Below are positions 49,831-63,699 of a DNA stretch of 64,000 nt, piece by piece. Numbering within the stretch: position 1 is the first letter of the stretch; each line of letters begins with the position of its first letter. The DNA comes from Laetmonice hystrix (lineage: Eukaryota). The position numbers were made by a program, and so were the translations under genes. Location of the stretch: NCBI GenBank assembly GCA_965235115.1, contig OZ249436.1, positions 57,226,001 through 57,290,000 on the forward strand, written 5' to 3'. A model generated the notes under the pieces. It saw only the letters and a program-made list of their open reading frames with translations. It was not told the DNA's origin and did not search any database.

Positions 49831-52127
49831 AGTGCCAACCAGAAGGAGTCTTACTTCCTGCCCTGCACGTAGCGCGGCGTTCCGCTTCTGGCTGTAGTAT
49901 GACAGTTCAGCATTAAAATTTACATTAAAACAATTGGCTTTCCAACCTAAAACTGACCGTATTAGTTTGTAGATTTGAATTTAGATAATTATGTATCCCA
50001 AAATTGTTATGCCTGCCCAGTATGTCATGTAGGTCAATGAACGATGACGTTAGGTGAGGAAGTGCCGTGTCGGCAGCGGCATAGAGTAGTAGAAGTTATT
50101 CACACAGTGTGCGTGAAGTTATTCACACAGTTATTCATGAAGAGGCAACTTCCAAACTTTCCTGAAACCTTTTTAGTTTAGCCGGTTTTGGATCACATCG
50201 GCAGCCGATTCTAAAGAAATAGTCACAATCTGGTGAAGCCATGGACAAGCAAACACTTTACCCAGTGGGGTGACCCAGCTGCACGGAACGCCTGTCAGAA
50301 GTGGTGTAGACTGGTGTTGTAGCCAGAGCTACCTTTCCATGTACTACTATACAAAGTGAGCTGCTTCACTACCCCCGCCCCCATCTCCAGAGGCCACGCC
50401 CTCCTGGACTTGCCTCAGTAGGATCACCATCCAAGTCCCATCAGACCTGTACCACTGGACGCCATCAACTTTGAACAGAAGAGGAATCAATAGGTGCAGT
50501 CCTGAGAACCAGTCCCAGCCATTATAAGTCTTTGCCAGTTTTTGCTGCTACCTGGTCCGGCGGGCTGAAGCGACTGCCTGATTGAATGAATTACCCTCCA
50601 GGAATAGCACCATCATTATGTCTGAGAGCAGTCGGCACATGTGGACAGCCGTCAAGGCCAAATGAAGGGGCGGCCGCTAGAACTCAGAGAACGAGAGTCT
50701 GGGGTAAGGGCCAGGATGAAATCTAACTTTATTGTGGTTTTATGGTCTTACACACAAGGGAAAGGTGTTCAATCAATTCAAGGTCAGGGACATTTTCGAC
50801 AAATCATATCTCGAAAACACTTCAAGATCACCACTTTCTACAAAATTTATGGATGAAGACATATTATGAAGGTTCTTTATGTCACGGATGTTCCCACATG
50901 GACTGTATCTCAAAAATACAATGTACGCATAGTTCCTATATATAGACCCGCAGAAAATTAGTCCCTACCCAGTTGAGGGTTGTGACTCCGACGGGGTCTT
51001 GTTAAAACATGATATGCACACTAACATGGCGGGTTGATACAGAATCTGTTAGAGATATCGGATGAGAAATCAGTCAATACGAATAGCCTCCGTCCATTTT
51101 CTTAGACCACACTCTTGAGTGCCCTTCGGGTGGGGGTTATTCTAACTGAAGGATGTAACATGCGATTTCACGGGATTCCCATTAGGACTTTCGTTGGCAT
51201 CAGTCATAAGAATACCGTAAAACCTAAATCGTTTCATAATCCATTGAATCCATGAGAATCAAACCTTACTTATCGTCAGTGAAAATATGCAAGAGATCCA
51301 TTACCGTTGTCTTCCCATTGCTATTGTGGATTGGATAATGCTATTGACCGAATTCCTGAGGGTAATTCCATTACAATAATGATACGAATGGCGTATGGCG
51401 AGAGGCAGCCACGTCTACATTGTGATGTGAACTCTGAGGACAAATCTCTGTTATGAGTTGCCCCCCTCCCCCCCAAAAAAAGGGTATTGGATGTTTAGAA
51501 GGGCACTTGGTCTTGGTCTTGGTCTTGATTCAAGGTGGAGTGACTAGGAAGACCCGTGCTCTGCAATTAACCTTCCAATATTATTATTATTTCATGATAC
51601 GCTAAGTTAGATGTGTTGACGTTCCAAAAAATTAAAAGGACACATTGGCAGGTCAACGGAGCTATGATAAAGTAGTTATTATAGGCTTGTAGCCAGAATT
51701 TAGACTCATGTTCGTACCCGTATCGTTTGTATAAAAACGTCCTTATATGCCAAATACAGATAATATTATGTGAAGGAAGGAACCGAGGCTATGCTATATG
51801 TATAACAAAAATGGAAATCAACTATTAATTGTGCTGAGAATTCTGACCCACATTGTTGTTCACATTTCCATAGAATTGCCCAAGAGAAACATGATGCGTA
51901 CATTTTTGCTGATCTCACACAGCAGAAGTGATACAGTGAATTCATGTTGAATAAAGCTGTACGAGAGCACGGTTCATGCTGTCGACTGTAGTACTGGTGG
52001 GCGAAAGTGCCACTGGTTTCATTTATTATTATTATAATATCCAGCTTTGCCATCCTCTTCAAATAGAGACTTGTCGTACGAGTAACTGTTAGAGGGTTAA
52101 TTTGGTATGAGCTCCATTTGGCATTGA

Positions 52128-52457
52128 CTATTCATGACGTATTATGTCAGGGAAATCGTACTGCAGCAGGCGCTGAGGCACTTGTCGGCTTGGTGCGCGT
52201 GTTGTCGTTGAAGAGAAGTATAAGTGGGAGATACGGATCTTGACAGTATCTCTCTGAGACTTTGAAATGTAGACCAGCCCCCGGGACGCACTATTAATCA
52301 ATGGAGATATTGACCTCTGGTACCTATAATATGGAGGCATTAAGCACAGCTGTAACGTAAACAGAATGACGGTTTGAGTACCACAATGTATACTCATTAC
52401 TGGATATTGGGCCCAAATGTAGACTGATGTTAAAATTTGGAATTTGGAATCGAACAT
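52128..52457 (-). mobile_element. Gypsy RNase H relic
   Basis: VYIWAQYPV...TQTVILF and TRAPSRQVPQRLLQYDF, cf. YIYGxxVxVETDHKPL and APPRLQRMLLRLQxYDF. Confidence 0.55.
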
Positions 52458-53069
52458 CCAAACGCCACAACCGTTATGAATTATTCACATACGCAATTTT
52501 TTTGCGTAAACCACTCTAGATAATCTGTTTTCAAAATGTGATATTTCAGTTGGCACAGGCAACGTTTATAGCTCTGAAAAGCAGAAGAAGTGAGGATAAG
52601 TCATTGTTTTTGTCCCTGAAAATCTAAGGAAGGTGAATTCTCGAAAGATATATAATTCTCAAATTTGGAGATCGCCATGTTGCTGAAATACGACATAGCC
52701 TGTTTGGAATTCTGTATGCAATGTAGTAGATTTGGGGCAGCCTGTGCACTAATTAATGTGCCAGTGGACCAAACTTCAGCGGCCCACTGGCGAGGCCGGC
52801 CCAGCCCGTGGTCCCCAAACAAATAAAGTATAATGTTGTTAGATGTCAGAGGTGGATCATTTGTGGTAGGACATGAATTCACACATGGTGCCAGATTCAG
52901 GAAAGGCTTTCCAGAACGCTGAAAGGGGGTTATCGAACAAAAATAAATTGTGGAGATGGTAGCCATGGAACAGCTTTAAAATCTCAATTGTATGAATGGC
53001 AAAATGAAGGGTCAATAATGGGGTGGCATGGCAGAAACATCAGATTACAGATTGAATACGATCTGTCCT

Positions 53070-53342
53070 TCAAGCGTGTAACGTAGAATTAATTTTAGCA
53101 GTCCGAGGACCGTGATGAGATACAACAGTGGAAGTGACCACTTGTGTAACCATGTTAGTCGTAGGTTTTCTAGAAAAGGTTGTCATGTCCTGTAAGCATA
53201 CGCTGTCTTTCACATCGTTGCCGTTGCTAGAGCAGACTAGTATGGGTAGCAGTTCTCTGTACAGCTCAGCAAGCTCTGGCTGCCGGAGGCCCGACTTTAC
53301 AGCCCTCCTTTGATGAGGGCTGGATCCCTTCGACGTGATCAC
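53070..53342 (-). mobile_element. LINE post-RT relic
   Basis: ELYRELLPILVCSS, cf. LYxSxIRPILEYxS. Confidence 0.35.
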
Positions 53343-54199
53343 CTGGAAGTCAATATTGACCTGCGCTATGTTTGTCCTCTGCTGGCACTGGACGGCTGTG
53401 CGCCCAGATTGGTATGGTTTTAAAATCTCCGCGGACGGTATGGCTTTTTATGACGTGACCTTTTGCTAACCTTCACTTTTATGACTGAATATTACAAAGG
53501 ATGATTTACGCTGCGAGTTGTGAAACAAGAACAGAAGAACAGGGCGGGATTTTGTTTCACAAAGGTCCATTAGTTGGAGAAGGGGAGGGGTCAGTCGAAA
53601 TAAAGAAAGTCTGAGGACATTTGATTGGGTGCCGTGATTATTTAAACCACCAGGGTGGGCCTGTCAGAGAACATACATCGCAGTTATCACATTGGCAATA
53701 CTCATAATGTCAGTTTTGTCAGCGTAAGCTATGAACCAAAATGTGATAGAAATGGAATATGAGGGATTCCCATCAGCACAATAATTCTCATCAGATAGAT
53801 TTTACTATTGAATCACTGAATAATTGTATTGATTGTTGCAACTCATGTTGCCCTAGCTTGAAATGAGTTCTGATGTACAATAAGATCTGCTAACAGAATA
53901 AAAGGCTCGTGATAAAGGCAGATTTACTTTCATGATGTTATTCTCTAGACCAGATCCTGGCCTGGTTATTACACAGTGTTGGTGTACTGTGGGCAGAAGA
54001 TGTGCTGGCACCGCACACAGTGTGGTATGTTAATTCTAAGATACATTTACAGCATATCCCCGTGAGGTATGAATAGATGAAGCGTGGGCCATTCCGTCCC
54101 ATTTGTATGTGGGCGGATGGTCGTGACGGTCGGGTAATACTGCATCAAACTTTACTTCCAATGAAAGCAAGCAGCAAGCCTGGTATTAACTTGCCGATA

Positions 54200-54300
54200 T
54201 AGTCTGAGAAAAATGGCAGTGGTCGGGACGCTATACAACTGAGGTACCATTTCCATATGGTAGGGACCGTCCCAGGGACGAAGTAGATGGGTAATTGGTG
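54200..54300 (-). mobile_element. Gypsy integrase GPY/F-motif relic
   Basis: LRPWDGPYHM, cf. LxPxWxGPYxV. Confidence 0.5.
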
Positions 54301-54529
54301 TGTGGGCAGAATCTTATAGTGACTATACAGCTAAAACAGAATTTGTTTTATTTTTGCGACATCTTTGCACCATTTCAGGTCAAAAAGCTACATTTCATAC
54401 TACTGGGCTACATGTGGCCGCAGATATGTTGTTGAATATTGATCAGAAGTGTGCAAAAATTGATAAAATCGCAAGCGTATTGAATTTTATTAACCCTAGT
54501 CAGGCCAGGTATACTTTGGCATAGTGAAG

Positions 54530-54700
54530 AAATGTTGTCGGGATATATGACGGAAAGGACTAGGAAAAGGAATGCGTATACATACCAGGTGTGTCATAGG
54601 CCAAAACGTATAAGGTTTCCAACATGTATGAATTGCTCTGATTCTCATGTCCGCGGGTGTCAAAGATGTGAAAATGATACTCCAGCCAAAATGGAACACC
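54530..54700 (-). mobile_element. Gypsy integrase zinc-finger relic (weak)
   Basis: YTFWPMTHLV, cf. YFWPxMxxxV. Confidence 0.3.
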
Positions 54701-55285
54701 GCAAATTGGTCCCAGGAATCTGTGTCAGAAGCTTAGGTTACACTACTCTGCACACAAATAATACTGGCATCTGTAAATGTAGTGCACATCAATATACCCT
54801 TTGTCAACCTCCATAACGATGAGAAGGTTGGCAGGGCATCACACACCAATAAATTTTAAGAGGGAAAAACTCGCGGTAAAAAGGAAATATTGTGATTATC
54901 ATAACTTTATCTCCTGAAATAGTTAACGTACGTGCGATATTTAGTTGAAACGAGTTAGGCCCTAACATTAATTTTGTGAATTTAATCAGTTGAAAAATTA
55001 TGGGATTTGGCGCGATTGACTCCGGTTTCTTCCTTCGTCGTCATCATCACCCCTGGGACCCCTGGGAGAAGTAGTTCCAAACTAATGGTAAATCGGTTTT
55101 ATTGGCTACTACAAGAGCTTACAGTGCCAACACTGTACACTAGGTGAGGCCGTGACATACCTATACATACATACCATGCCAGTACAGCCTGGCAACCGAA
55201 GGTGCGATCGGACCAATTAAGGTCCACCAAAGTAATAGCACCCTCTGCTCGAAACACTTTAAGAATTATTGTTGATTACAACTGA

Positions 55286-56060
55286 GACGATTAATGTTAG
55301 CCAAAGTGATCGGTATACCCTCAGCAGTGTAGTCTGTACACAATATGTACACACCTATTAGTGATCGGTATACCCTCAGCAGTGTCGGATATATGTCAGA
55401 AGGAATGGGAGGATTGCAGTGACGATTAATGTTAGCCAAAGTGATGGGTATACCCTCAGCAGTGTCGGATATATGTCAGAAGGAATGGGAGGATTGCAGT
55501 GACGATTAATGTTAGCCAAAGTGATGGGTATACCCTCAGCAGTGTCGGATATATGTCAGAAGGAATGGGAGGATTGCAGTGACGATTAATGTTAGCCAAA
55601 GTGATCGGTATACCCTCAGCAGTGTCGGATATATGTCAGAAGGAATGGGAGGATTGCAGTGACGATTAATGTTAGCCAAAGTGATGGGTATACCCTCAGC
55701 AGTGTCGGATATATGTCAGAAGGAATGGGAGGATTGCAGTGACGATTAATGTTAGCCAAAGTGATGGGTATACCCTCAGCAGTGTCGGATATATGTCAGA
55801 AGGAATGGGAGGATTGCAGTGACGATTAATGTTAGCCAAAGTGATCGGTATACCCTCAGCAGTGTCGGATATATGTCAGAAGGAATGGGAGGATTGCAGT
55901 GACGATTAATGTTAGTCAAAGTGATGGGTATACCCTCAGCAGTGTCGGATATATGTCAGAAGGAATGGGAGGATTGCAGTGACGATTAATGTTAGCCAAA
56001 GTGATCGGTATACCCTCAGCAGTGTCGGATATATGTCAGAAGGAATGGGAGGATTGCAGT
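55286..56060. repeat. 80-bp minisatellite: 8 full units (55421-56060), a 60-bp partial (55361-55420) and a detached 45-bp partial (55286-55330)
   Basis: Unit gacgattaatgttagccaaagtgat(c/g)ggtataccctcagcagtgtcggatatatgtcagaaggaatgggaggattgcagt; units are near-identical. Confidence 0.97.
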
Positions 56061-56310
56061 TCGGAGAGGTGTAAGTTATCGCCTTGTTAGTACGAATAGA
56101 GTGGTATATTAAAGTGATAAGTGGTATGTGATAATGTGGCTGGAGATGAGGATGCTGAGCATGATGAACACGGACTGACTGATAGAACGCCGATATCAAA
56201 CTAGATGTCGCCTTGAGGCGCCTATAAAGCAGCCAGCTCTCACTGTGTGCCCCAGTCTGACCTGTTGTCGAGCTGGCCACCAGTTGACCTTCACCAGGAC
56301 ATATTACCAT
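56061..56310 (-). mobile_element. LINE RT relic abutting the minisatellite
   Basis: RQQVRLG, and APQG in a neighbouring frame, cf. RxQxVxxG...GxPQG. Confidence 0.4.
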
Positions 56311-59300
56311 AACAACGACGTGATTGACGGCTGATGCTCAGCGGCCTTATGTCACATACGCTGCCATTATGTGTTTAAGGATAAAAAAATGAAACCGCTC
56401 TTTGACTGCCGAGTTATGGGCGTTTAACACTGGGACAAGAAGGTTGGGTGACCCACTTGGGATGTTTTGGAAGTCACTGCTTTTGTAAAAGAGCCCTTTC
56501 TTACTGTAAACCATCGGCACTTATCAAGTAGGGGGAGACTCTTTCCTAACGCAAACCAGCTGAACTAGACATAGTACGCATTACAAAAAATACAGGCGTA
56601 AAGGGGATCCGGCCGGTTTGTGTAAATAATTCTATTTTATGCCAAGCAAATATGTCTTACTACTCGTACATATATCTATGAGTATATGTGGGCCTAGAAT
56701 ATTGTCTGATATAAACGTTACGTAGATCTATGTCTAATGTGACGATATCCAGCCTACAATTACCGCTCTACATCCAGATTTGTATGCTTACTCTTGTAAT
56801 TGAACGGCAATTATTTTCATTTTTATATGAGCCTGCACTAAGATGGGATGATAACCGCGACGCTATAAATAATGTGAAATTATAGGAATAAGATAAACAG
56901 AAGGTTGGATTTTCTTTGATACTAATATGGACAGGTTAGAAAAACTTATATTATAACTTCAGAGAGCGAATGCGGTACCAGTATATTTAGTGTATTACAA
57001 GAGTATAGCCGACATGATTAAGGATTAAGATGATACTTTCCTGAAATATCACTAACCTGAGTAGCGTTTTATTGAAAAAGACTAGTCTCATGCTTATCAG
57101 GCAGTCAGAATTTGGTATTTTACTACAATTTGCACAGACGAATTATGCATACCTGTTACTGCGGATTACCATAATAATACTTTGTGGTGCTGATAGATTA
57201 TTTCACTATTCACTATTTATATCCTAATACTCCATGGATAATGGTCTGTTAGCGTCCGTCAAAGCATCTCTTTAGAACTGTACCAGTGGGCACAGAGCTT
57301 TAAAAAGTAGATGATAGATTAAGAAGTGTAGTTCCCCCGTGTTTAGTATCAAACACACCCTGGTGTGTAGTGCTGACAGTGAAGTAGTTGTCAAAGGCAG
57401 CTAGTACTGTGGCACGTATTTTCCCAGGGGGAATCATTAGATTGCAGATTCATTCCCAGGTGAATCCCAGCCCTGTTAAATCCCCTGACGGATAGGGGCC
57501 AGGACTGTAGTGTAATCAATATGGGCTTTGGGATAATAGAGCGTGAACAGCAAAGGATAAAAAGAGTTGGTTGTATATGTATATAATAACCAAAGTCTGC
57601 TTCCTAAGTGGGCGATGAAGCATGCGATCTGGAAGGGCGATTTTCAAATAACGAAAACTGTAGATTTAATGTGTTTTATTGATTTCTCTAATTTATGTTC
57701 AGATGGATTTTAAAAAAAGGCAGATTAAACCATATAGAGTGACATTTATATTGTTCTTCAATCAGGTCGGTTAAGACAAAAATTTGGAGCCATGTTGATA
57801 GTTAAAACGGTAACTCTTCCAAGGTCACGTTCACAGAGTAACTTGGCCTGGCCTGTCGACAAGGAACAGGTGCCCCTCTAACCCAGTTAGAGCTACAATG
57901 TTGATATAACTTAAAAAAGGATTCAGGAGAGCATTAACAAGTCCTCTCACATTCTATGTTACTTCGATCGATCTCATACAAAACGTGGCACACTATTTGA
58001 AGCTACCGCATTTATACCTTTGCCTTTCTTTAGAATATTATTGTGTTTAAGTCCTCGTTTAAAATATACCTTCCCGTTTCTTCACTCTCTCTCTCTCTGT
58101 AAATGCATGTATTTGATTCAGAAAATGTATCGTTATTTAAAAGAGGATAGTGGTTTAAATGCTCATATCCAAGGATCTTATCAGGTCTGGCGCTGATATC
58201 ATAACGATACAATGCATCAGCAGATCAGAATTGAACCGGCATAGACCTACAATTGCTGAGCTTCCAGGAAAACGCATAATTTCAGTCATAGCCACCAGGT
58301 GGCAGCAGTGTGGTGCTGTGCGCGTGTAGGGCACATGCTGTCGCCATCTGTTGGCCAGATACGAATTTCTCAAGTAGCCTCAATTATAGTAGGGAAAGAA
58401 ATGGCAGACTCTGACTTCAGTGAGGTTATTAATATTTTAACTGCATGCGAAGCTCTCATTGAATCGTTTTTCTACTGTATCAGTATTTTAGAGCAATCTT
58501 TTGTGTCCATTGAGAGACATTGCATTATCTTAAGTCGACTTGTCTGCCCAGATAGAAATATTTCTTTATCATCTATATCTTTGCAATATTATGCAGAATT
58601 CATAAGATTAGTTTCCTACTACAAACAAAAGAGGATGCCTGTCAGAAAAAGGGATCCTGGCGTATCAGAAATAGGAGGTTTTGTCAGAATAGTTGTTTGA
58701 TAGCAATGATGATCCCTTGATATACTATTTGAAAACCAGAGAAAACTACCAGTAAAGGGAGTAAAGGTACCAATGAAATTTTCATGATGATAACATTGAG
58801 AATTTAAGTAACTGATGGGAATTCATAGAGGAGAGACAGAAGTCATCCGAGCCATTCCCTGCACGTTCACTGTACAGTCAGTGAAATCTCCTGAGGAGTA
58901 TAAGGTTACACCATGAATGACAAGTGATAACCTTTGTTTAGTTAACCGCTACTCGGAGCAATGACCTGGCCAACTGTTACCGGTTGACAGCGAAGGTCAT
59001 ACTGTGTTGAATGGATAAACATTGAACTTTGCACACGAAAAGGCAGAGATGGTGGACATAAAAAACCCCGCCGTGTGTGTGCCAGCGCCACCCGGAGAGG
59101 TACTGAGCATACAGCAGGCTGTCTAGGTGGTGATCACAAACTCATCAGACCATGACGGGAGGTAGGCCCATGACGGTCCCAGAGTGGGAGTCGGCCGGCT
59201 GGGTGGTCTGAGGGTCGGGATCACATCTTGACTCGACCGGAGGCAGCATAAAATTATAGTGGCTGAACACATTATCATATATCGATACATTAATGCTGAT

Positions 59301-60104
59301 ACTAGCACAAAATTTGAATCAGTTACTGCCTTTATCCATGCGCATTTACTCATGGTTTTTATTGACTGTTTTGTTGAAACAAAAATAGAACCAATATAAA
59401 TTCGTAAGATTTCTAGTCCTTATTATTTTGGCCGTATACTATTTTGTTCATACCAATTTTCTCCTGAAGCTTTTGATATGAATGTCACGATCATTTTAAG
59501 TGTTTTCACTGAAACCCTGCACCTCGCTATGTTGGGATCAATATAGTTCTGCATTTAGCCAACGGTTAATGTCTGCAGTGCTCACAAGAGGTCTCTAGTG
59601 GCTACCGCAAACATTGGAGATCTTACACGGGAATACATGTCAAACGTCGGTCGCTCCTTGTCCTTGATATAGTCTCAATACAGTATCTCTGTATCTCATT
59701 GTGCGTCATACGAAAGTGGTGTTTCAATGTGATACATACTACATAAAACTTTGGTCTAATCAAGTGTACCCTGTGTGTCTTGACATCATTGTAAGAGTAA
59801 ACTCTGATCTCCGTATACCGACCTGAATTTGATCAACTCACGGCGTATTATAAGATCAACTCCGGATGTAATGAAAAGAGAAAGCACACTGATAACAGTT
59901 TCTGCATTGCAAATACATGTACTTGATCTTTGGTAAATAACTGACAGGAAGCAGTGAGTTAAACTTATTAGTACGTTCCAAATAAGAACGAGTGACCACT
60001 ATAACCGTTTTAAGTTGCTAATTTCTTGTTTCGCCAAAGTTAGTTTCTAATACATTCGTTTGATGTCTAGCTCTTGTCTATAACCTCCTATTGTCTTCTT
60101 ACAG

Positions 60105-60159
60105 GTGAGTACCAGTGATGGCTAACGTTAGTGGCAAACGGAAGGCGAAGGCTCCGATG
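60105..60159 (+). other. Candidate 55-nt exon / recursive-splicing exon
   Basis: ttgtcttcttacag|GTGAGT...CCGATG|gtaagt; internal ATG at 60118 reads MANVSGKRKAKAPM to the donor. Confidence 0.45.
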
Positions 60160-62004
60160 GTAAGTCGATCCGCACCGCGTTCCAGAGGGAAGAGTCTAGA
60201 TTTCTAGAGTCTCATTTTTGATGTATGTTTATAAATTATGCGTCGGTGATCTATAAATGCGTGGTTACGCAGAATGGTCCTTTTTATCTACCGGCCCCTG
60301 AGGGCAGGGTCAGCAAGTGCAAAAGTCATTTATAAGAGTTATCAGGTGGAACTAACATTTCATTGATAGTATCAAAGTGATCGTGCCGCAAAATTCGAGG
60401 GAGAGAGCGGGAGTACCCATTGAGTTCTGTGGAGATCTTCATCACGGTAACGTTTCTCTATCTGGTGTCATTGGCCGTACAGTCCATAAAGCTGCACAAT
60501 GTAGGATAGGATTCACTATCGGAGGATACTTCATTGTGGAATAAAGAGATTATGCACTGATGTCAATGTATAAAAACACACACCCTCATCTGCTGACGGT
60601 CCAAGATAACAATGCAATATTACAACAATAATCGGGACATTGGTGGCAGGATGAGAAGGGTCAAGGGTTAATACTACCCTAAATCATGGTGAAGCTAGTT
60701 TCGACATAAAATGATGTCATTTTCTTATTCCGTCTTCCTATAAACAAGTATTAATATAACTTAAGCTAGTCATTGCATCCCCCGCTCCTCTTCCTGCTAC
60801 TCCTTTTTTCAAGGAAGAACTTTTTATCAAACTTTTGGAAATCTGGTGTAAGAGGTTTTCACAGATCTAGGTGCATAATCAGTTGCCAGGAGTTAATATT
60901 AACGAATCGTAAAGATATTCCCAAGTTAACCGTTGCATGGGTAGGTTTGTATAATTGGCCCAAGTAGGAAGATCCCCTCAGGATGTGTACACTCGGCTTG
61001 AAGGGTCGGGTCACAGATCCTGATCACAAGGTGCGTGTTAAAGGGCAATTACTGCTACCTCTGCACTCGGGGACCTGGCTTGAGTAGTGAGCCTTATAAT
61101 TATTTCACGTCGTTCGGAAATTAGCTCCAGCACACATAACACCTATTGTCATCTTCTCAATAAAAGTCCAGGAAATGGCTTACAAAATTAAAAAGCATGT
61201 TGAAACATATATTAAAGGAGGGGGGGGGATATAACAAATAAGGATTCTTCTCCTTAATCTATTAATTATTCTGAAGAAGTTGTTGGACTACAGTGAGAGG
61301 TTAAAGAAAGAGGAGAAGAAATGAACAGAACCGTTTAAATATTTGTTTTGAGGAGAATCGATACGAAAATGGTAACTTTGTTTTGTTTAAACACCACAGC
61401 GCATTTCCTATGATGGCATTTCTTCAGACAGACCTACATCTGTTAAGATCAATGTCTTCTAACACATACTGATTCCATTCTCTAACGGGAAATCTTGGCC
61501 AGGAGTTGGGGATGTGACTTAGTAGTATGTAGATGAGGTTTGTGGCTCATCCTGCTGTCTCCGGGGCATCAAGCAGAAGAGGAGGAAGCTTTACTCCTCT
61601 CAGCAGGATCCATGTCAGTCTAGATTGGTCTCGGTCATTCCGAGTTCGCCGACCCACAGGCTATTTATTACGACCAACGGCACGCTGAAAATGGCTTCGA
61701 TCGAGTCTCTCCTCAAGAGTTGGAACAACTTTCGAAGGATACTCTCCCGACAAAAGAGGAATCTAATAGGTTTTATACTTTGCGGTCAAAAAAGTCTAAT
61801 CTAAAAGTTTTTAAGGAACACGAAACACGTTGTTTGAGAAATTATTTTCCTTTGGTGCAGTCTTGAATAAAGCATCTACTGAAGGACACGTGAGCGTTAC
61901 ATCAGGGAGGAGTTGTGAGGATCCACTATGGTACCAACTCGTTAACACGTTAAATTCGGTTTGGGTAGCAGGTGGTGCAGGAGGCAATGTATGACATTAT
62001 GCCA

Positions 62005-62220
62005 CTATTGCCAATCAGGACGACGCCAGTGGTGTACGGCTAGGGAAACTGTTGCCTTGACCCGTCGGTAATGGGGAGCTACGGTCAGCCAAGGGCCAAT
62101 ACTTTGAGGCCTGCTGGAGGGGAACTCTACATTGACTGAAGTTTTAGATGGCCTCTCTTGGGAGACGGGCCTGGAATTAAGGATTGCAGCTCCGTTTTCA
62201 CAGGGCATAATGATATGCAC
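62005..62220 (-). mobile_element. BEL/Pao integrase C-terminal relic
   Basis: AAILNSRPV...LTVAPHY...HHWRR, cf. EAILNSRPL...LTPxHF...FWxRW. Confidence 0.55.
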
Positions 62221-63699
62221 GCAGGGTATTTATTCAGAATCCGATCGTAGAGATGACATTGCTGAAGTACAAGTATAAAAGAAGAATAGAATCAGCCTGT
62301 CACTGGTAGGACAAAGTAGTTTGGATGCTACCGTATATACAATGTTGAAGTTGAAATTTTGGTGTTTTCCCCATCTGACTTAGTGACTACGTGTATTGAA
62401 ATCCTGTCAGTCCAGGTAAATTAGTACAAAACATATTTTTGCTGACTCTGCATAAGGAAGTTATCTGGTCTTAATCTCATCATTTGAAGCCTAATTGGTG
62501 AGACAGGGCGTCAAACCATAGACATAGTTTGCGATCATAGACACAGACTGTAAATAGTCTGGATAAGACAATAGGTGTAATCTCCTATACCTCTCAGACT
62601 GCTGCGTTTATTCGTAGAGAATTACGCTGTGTCAGTTTTTACTCGATGATCCCCATTACGTATGAATCAACAGCGGTGTTCGAAGAGACAGCTCGTGGAT
62701 ACGAAATGCGGATCTATGAACCGTAATGGCAGACGACTGATAAGTAAGTCAGGCAGACGGTTGGGGATTGGGAATGACTAAGATGCAGGATGACCGGGGA
62801 GTTGAACTGTCGGGATGATTAATGGAAGAATACTGCTGCTGATACACTGTACCTTCGACACTCGAGGAGAGCCTGCCTGAGCTATCGGCAGGTCTCAGGG
62901 GCTGAACCGACGGTATTGGCTTCACCTCTCACTTAGTATATGTTTGGTCAAATCTCACGTCCCGTCCCCCGTCCACGGGACTGTCAGGGTCTGGTGGTAA
63001 TGTCAGGACAGTGCTAGCAGACGACATCCGTCCAGAGTGTCAGTTGAGCCGTATTGCATTGCTAGCACAAAGTGTTGCTGATAGTCATCCTGAAGCAATG
63101 AAGATTCTGGCATGGGATGCGACGTGAGCAAAGACCAGGCCTAGATCTATAGCTTGCATCTCAAACATTGACTCTAATGATATCTGCCCGGTGCAGGCAA
63201 TGGATTTACCATTCTGGTAATGAAATCTGACCCTGTAAAGTGACCGTGGGGATTGGGTGCATTGACGGATGATTGCTTATACCGTACTGGTGCTATAAGG
63301 CGGAGTGTTTGATGACGGCAGGGGTCAACAACCTGTTCTATTCACAGCCCACCATTCAGTGACATTAATGGCTCAGTATTTCTGTCGGGAAGAGAAGCTG
63401 CTCTCATCAGGACATGTTAGAAGTTCTCAGGCTTGAAATGTTTCGATCCCAAACGTCTTGACGGACAGGGACTTAACTCTTGAAGTGTAAATGTATAGGC
63501 AGCTATTAAACGTTTCGAGTGGACTATAACTGACATACAGTGTAGCTTACAGTTTGATGAACTCGGTAAACATTTACTCCTGTAACTATTTTTAAACCCA
63601 ATAAAAACAAAATATTTTTCTGGAGTGTGCTCTTTCACAGCAAAACCCTCAACGACTATTAGTAGAGTACACGTGAATGAACTGGCACAATTGAATAGA

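Noticed and set aside
55286-56060. 80-bp array as a CRISPR array
   Set aside because: Units are contiguous and near-identical with no unique spacers, there are no cas genes, and the context is eukaryotic
58299-58700. 133-aa + strand ORF (MADSDFSEVINIL...)
   Set aside because: No family I can name; starts at a GTG and has no clear splice signals; a database search is needed
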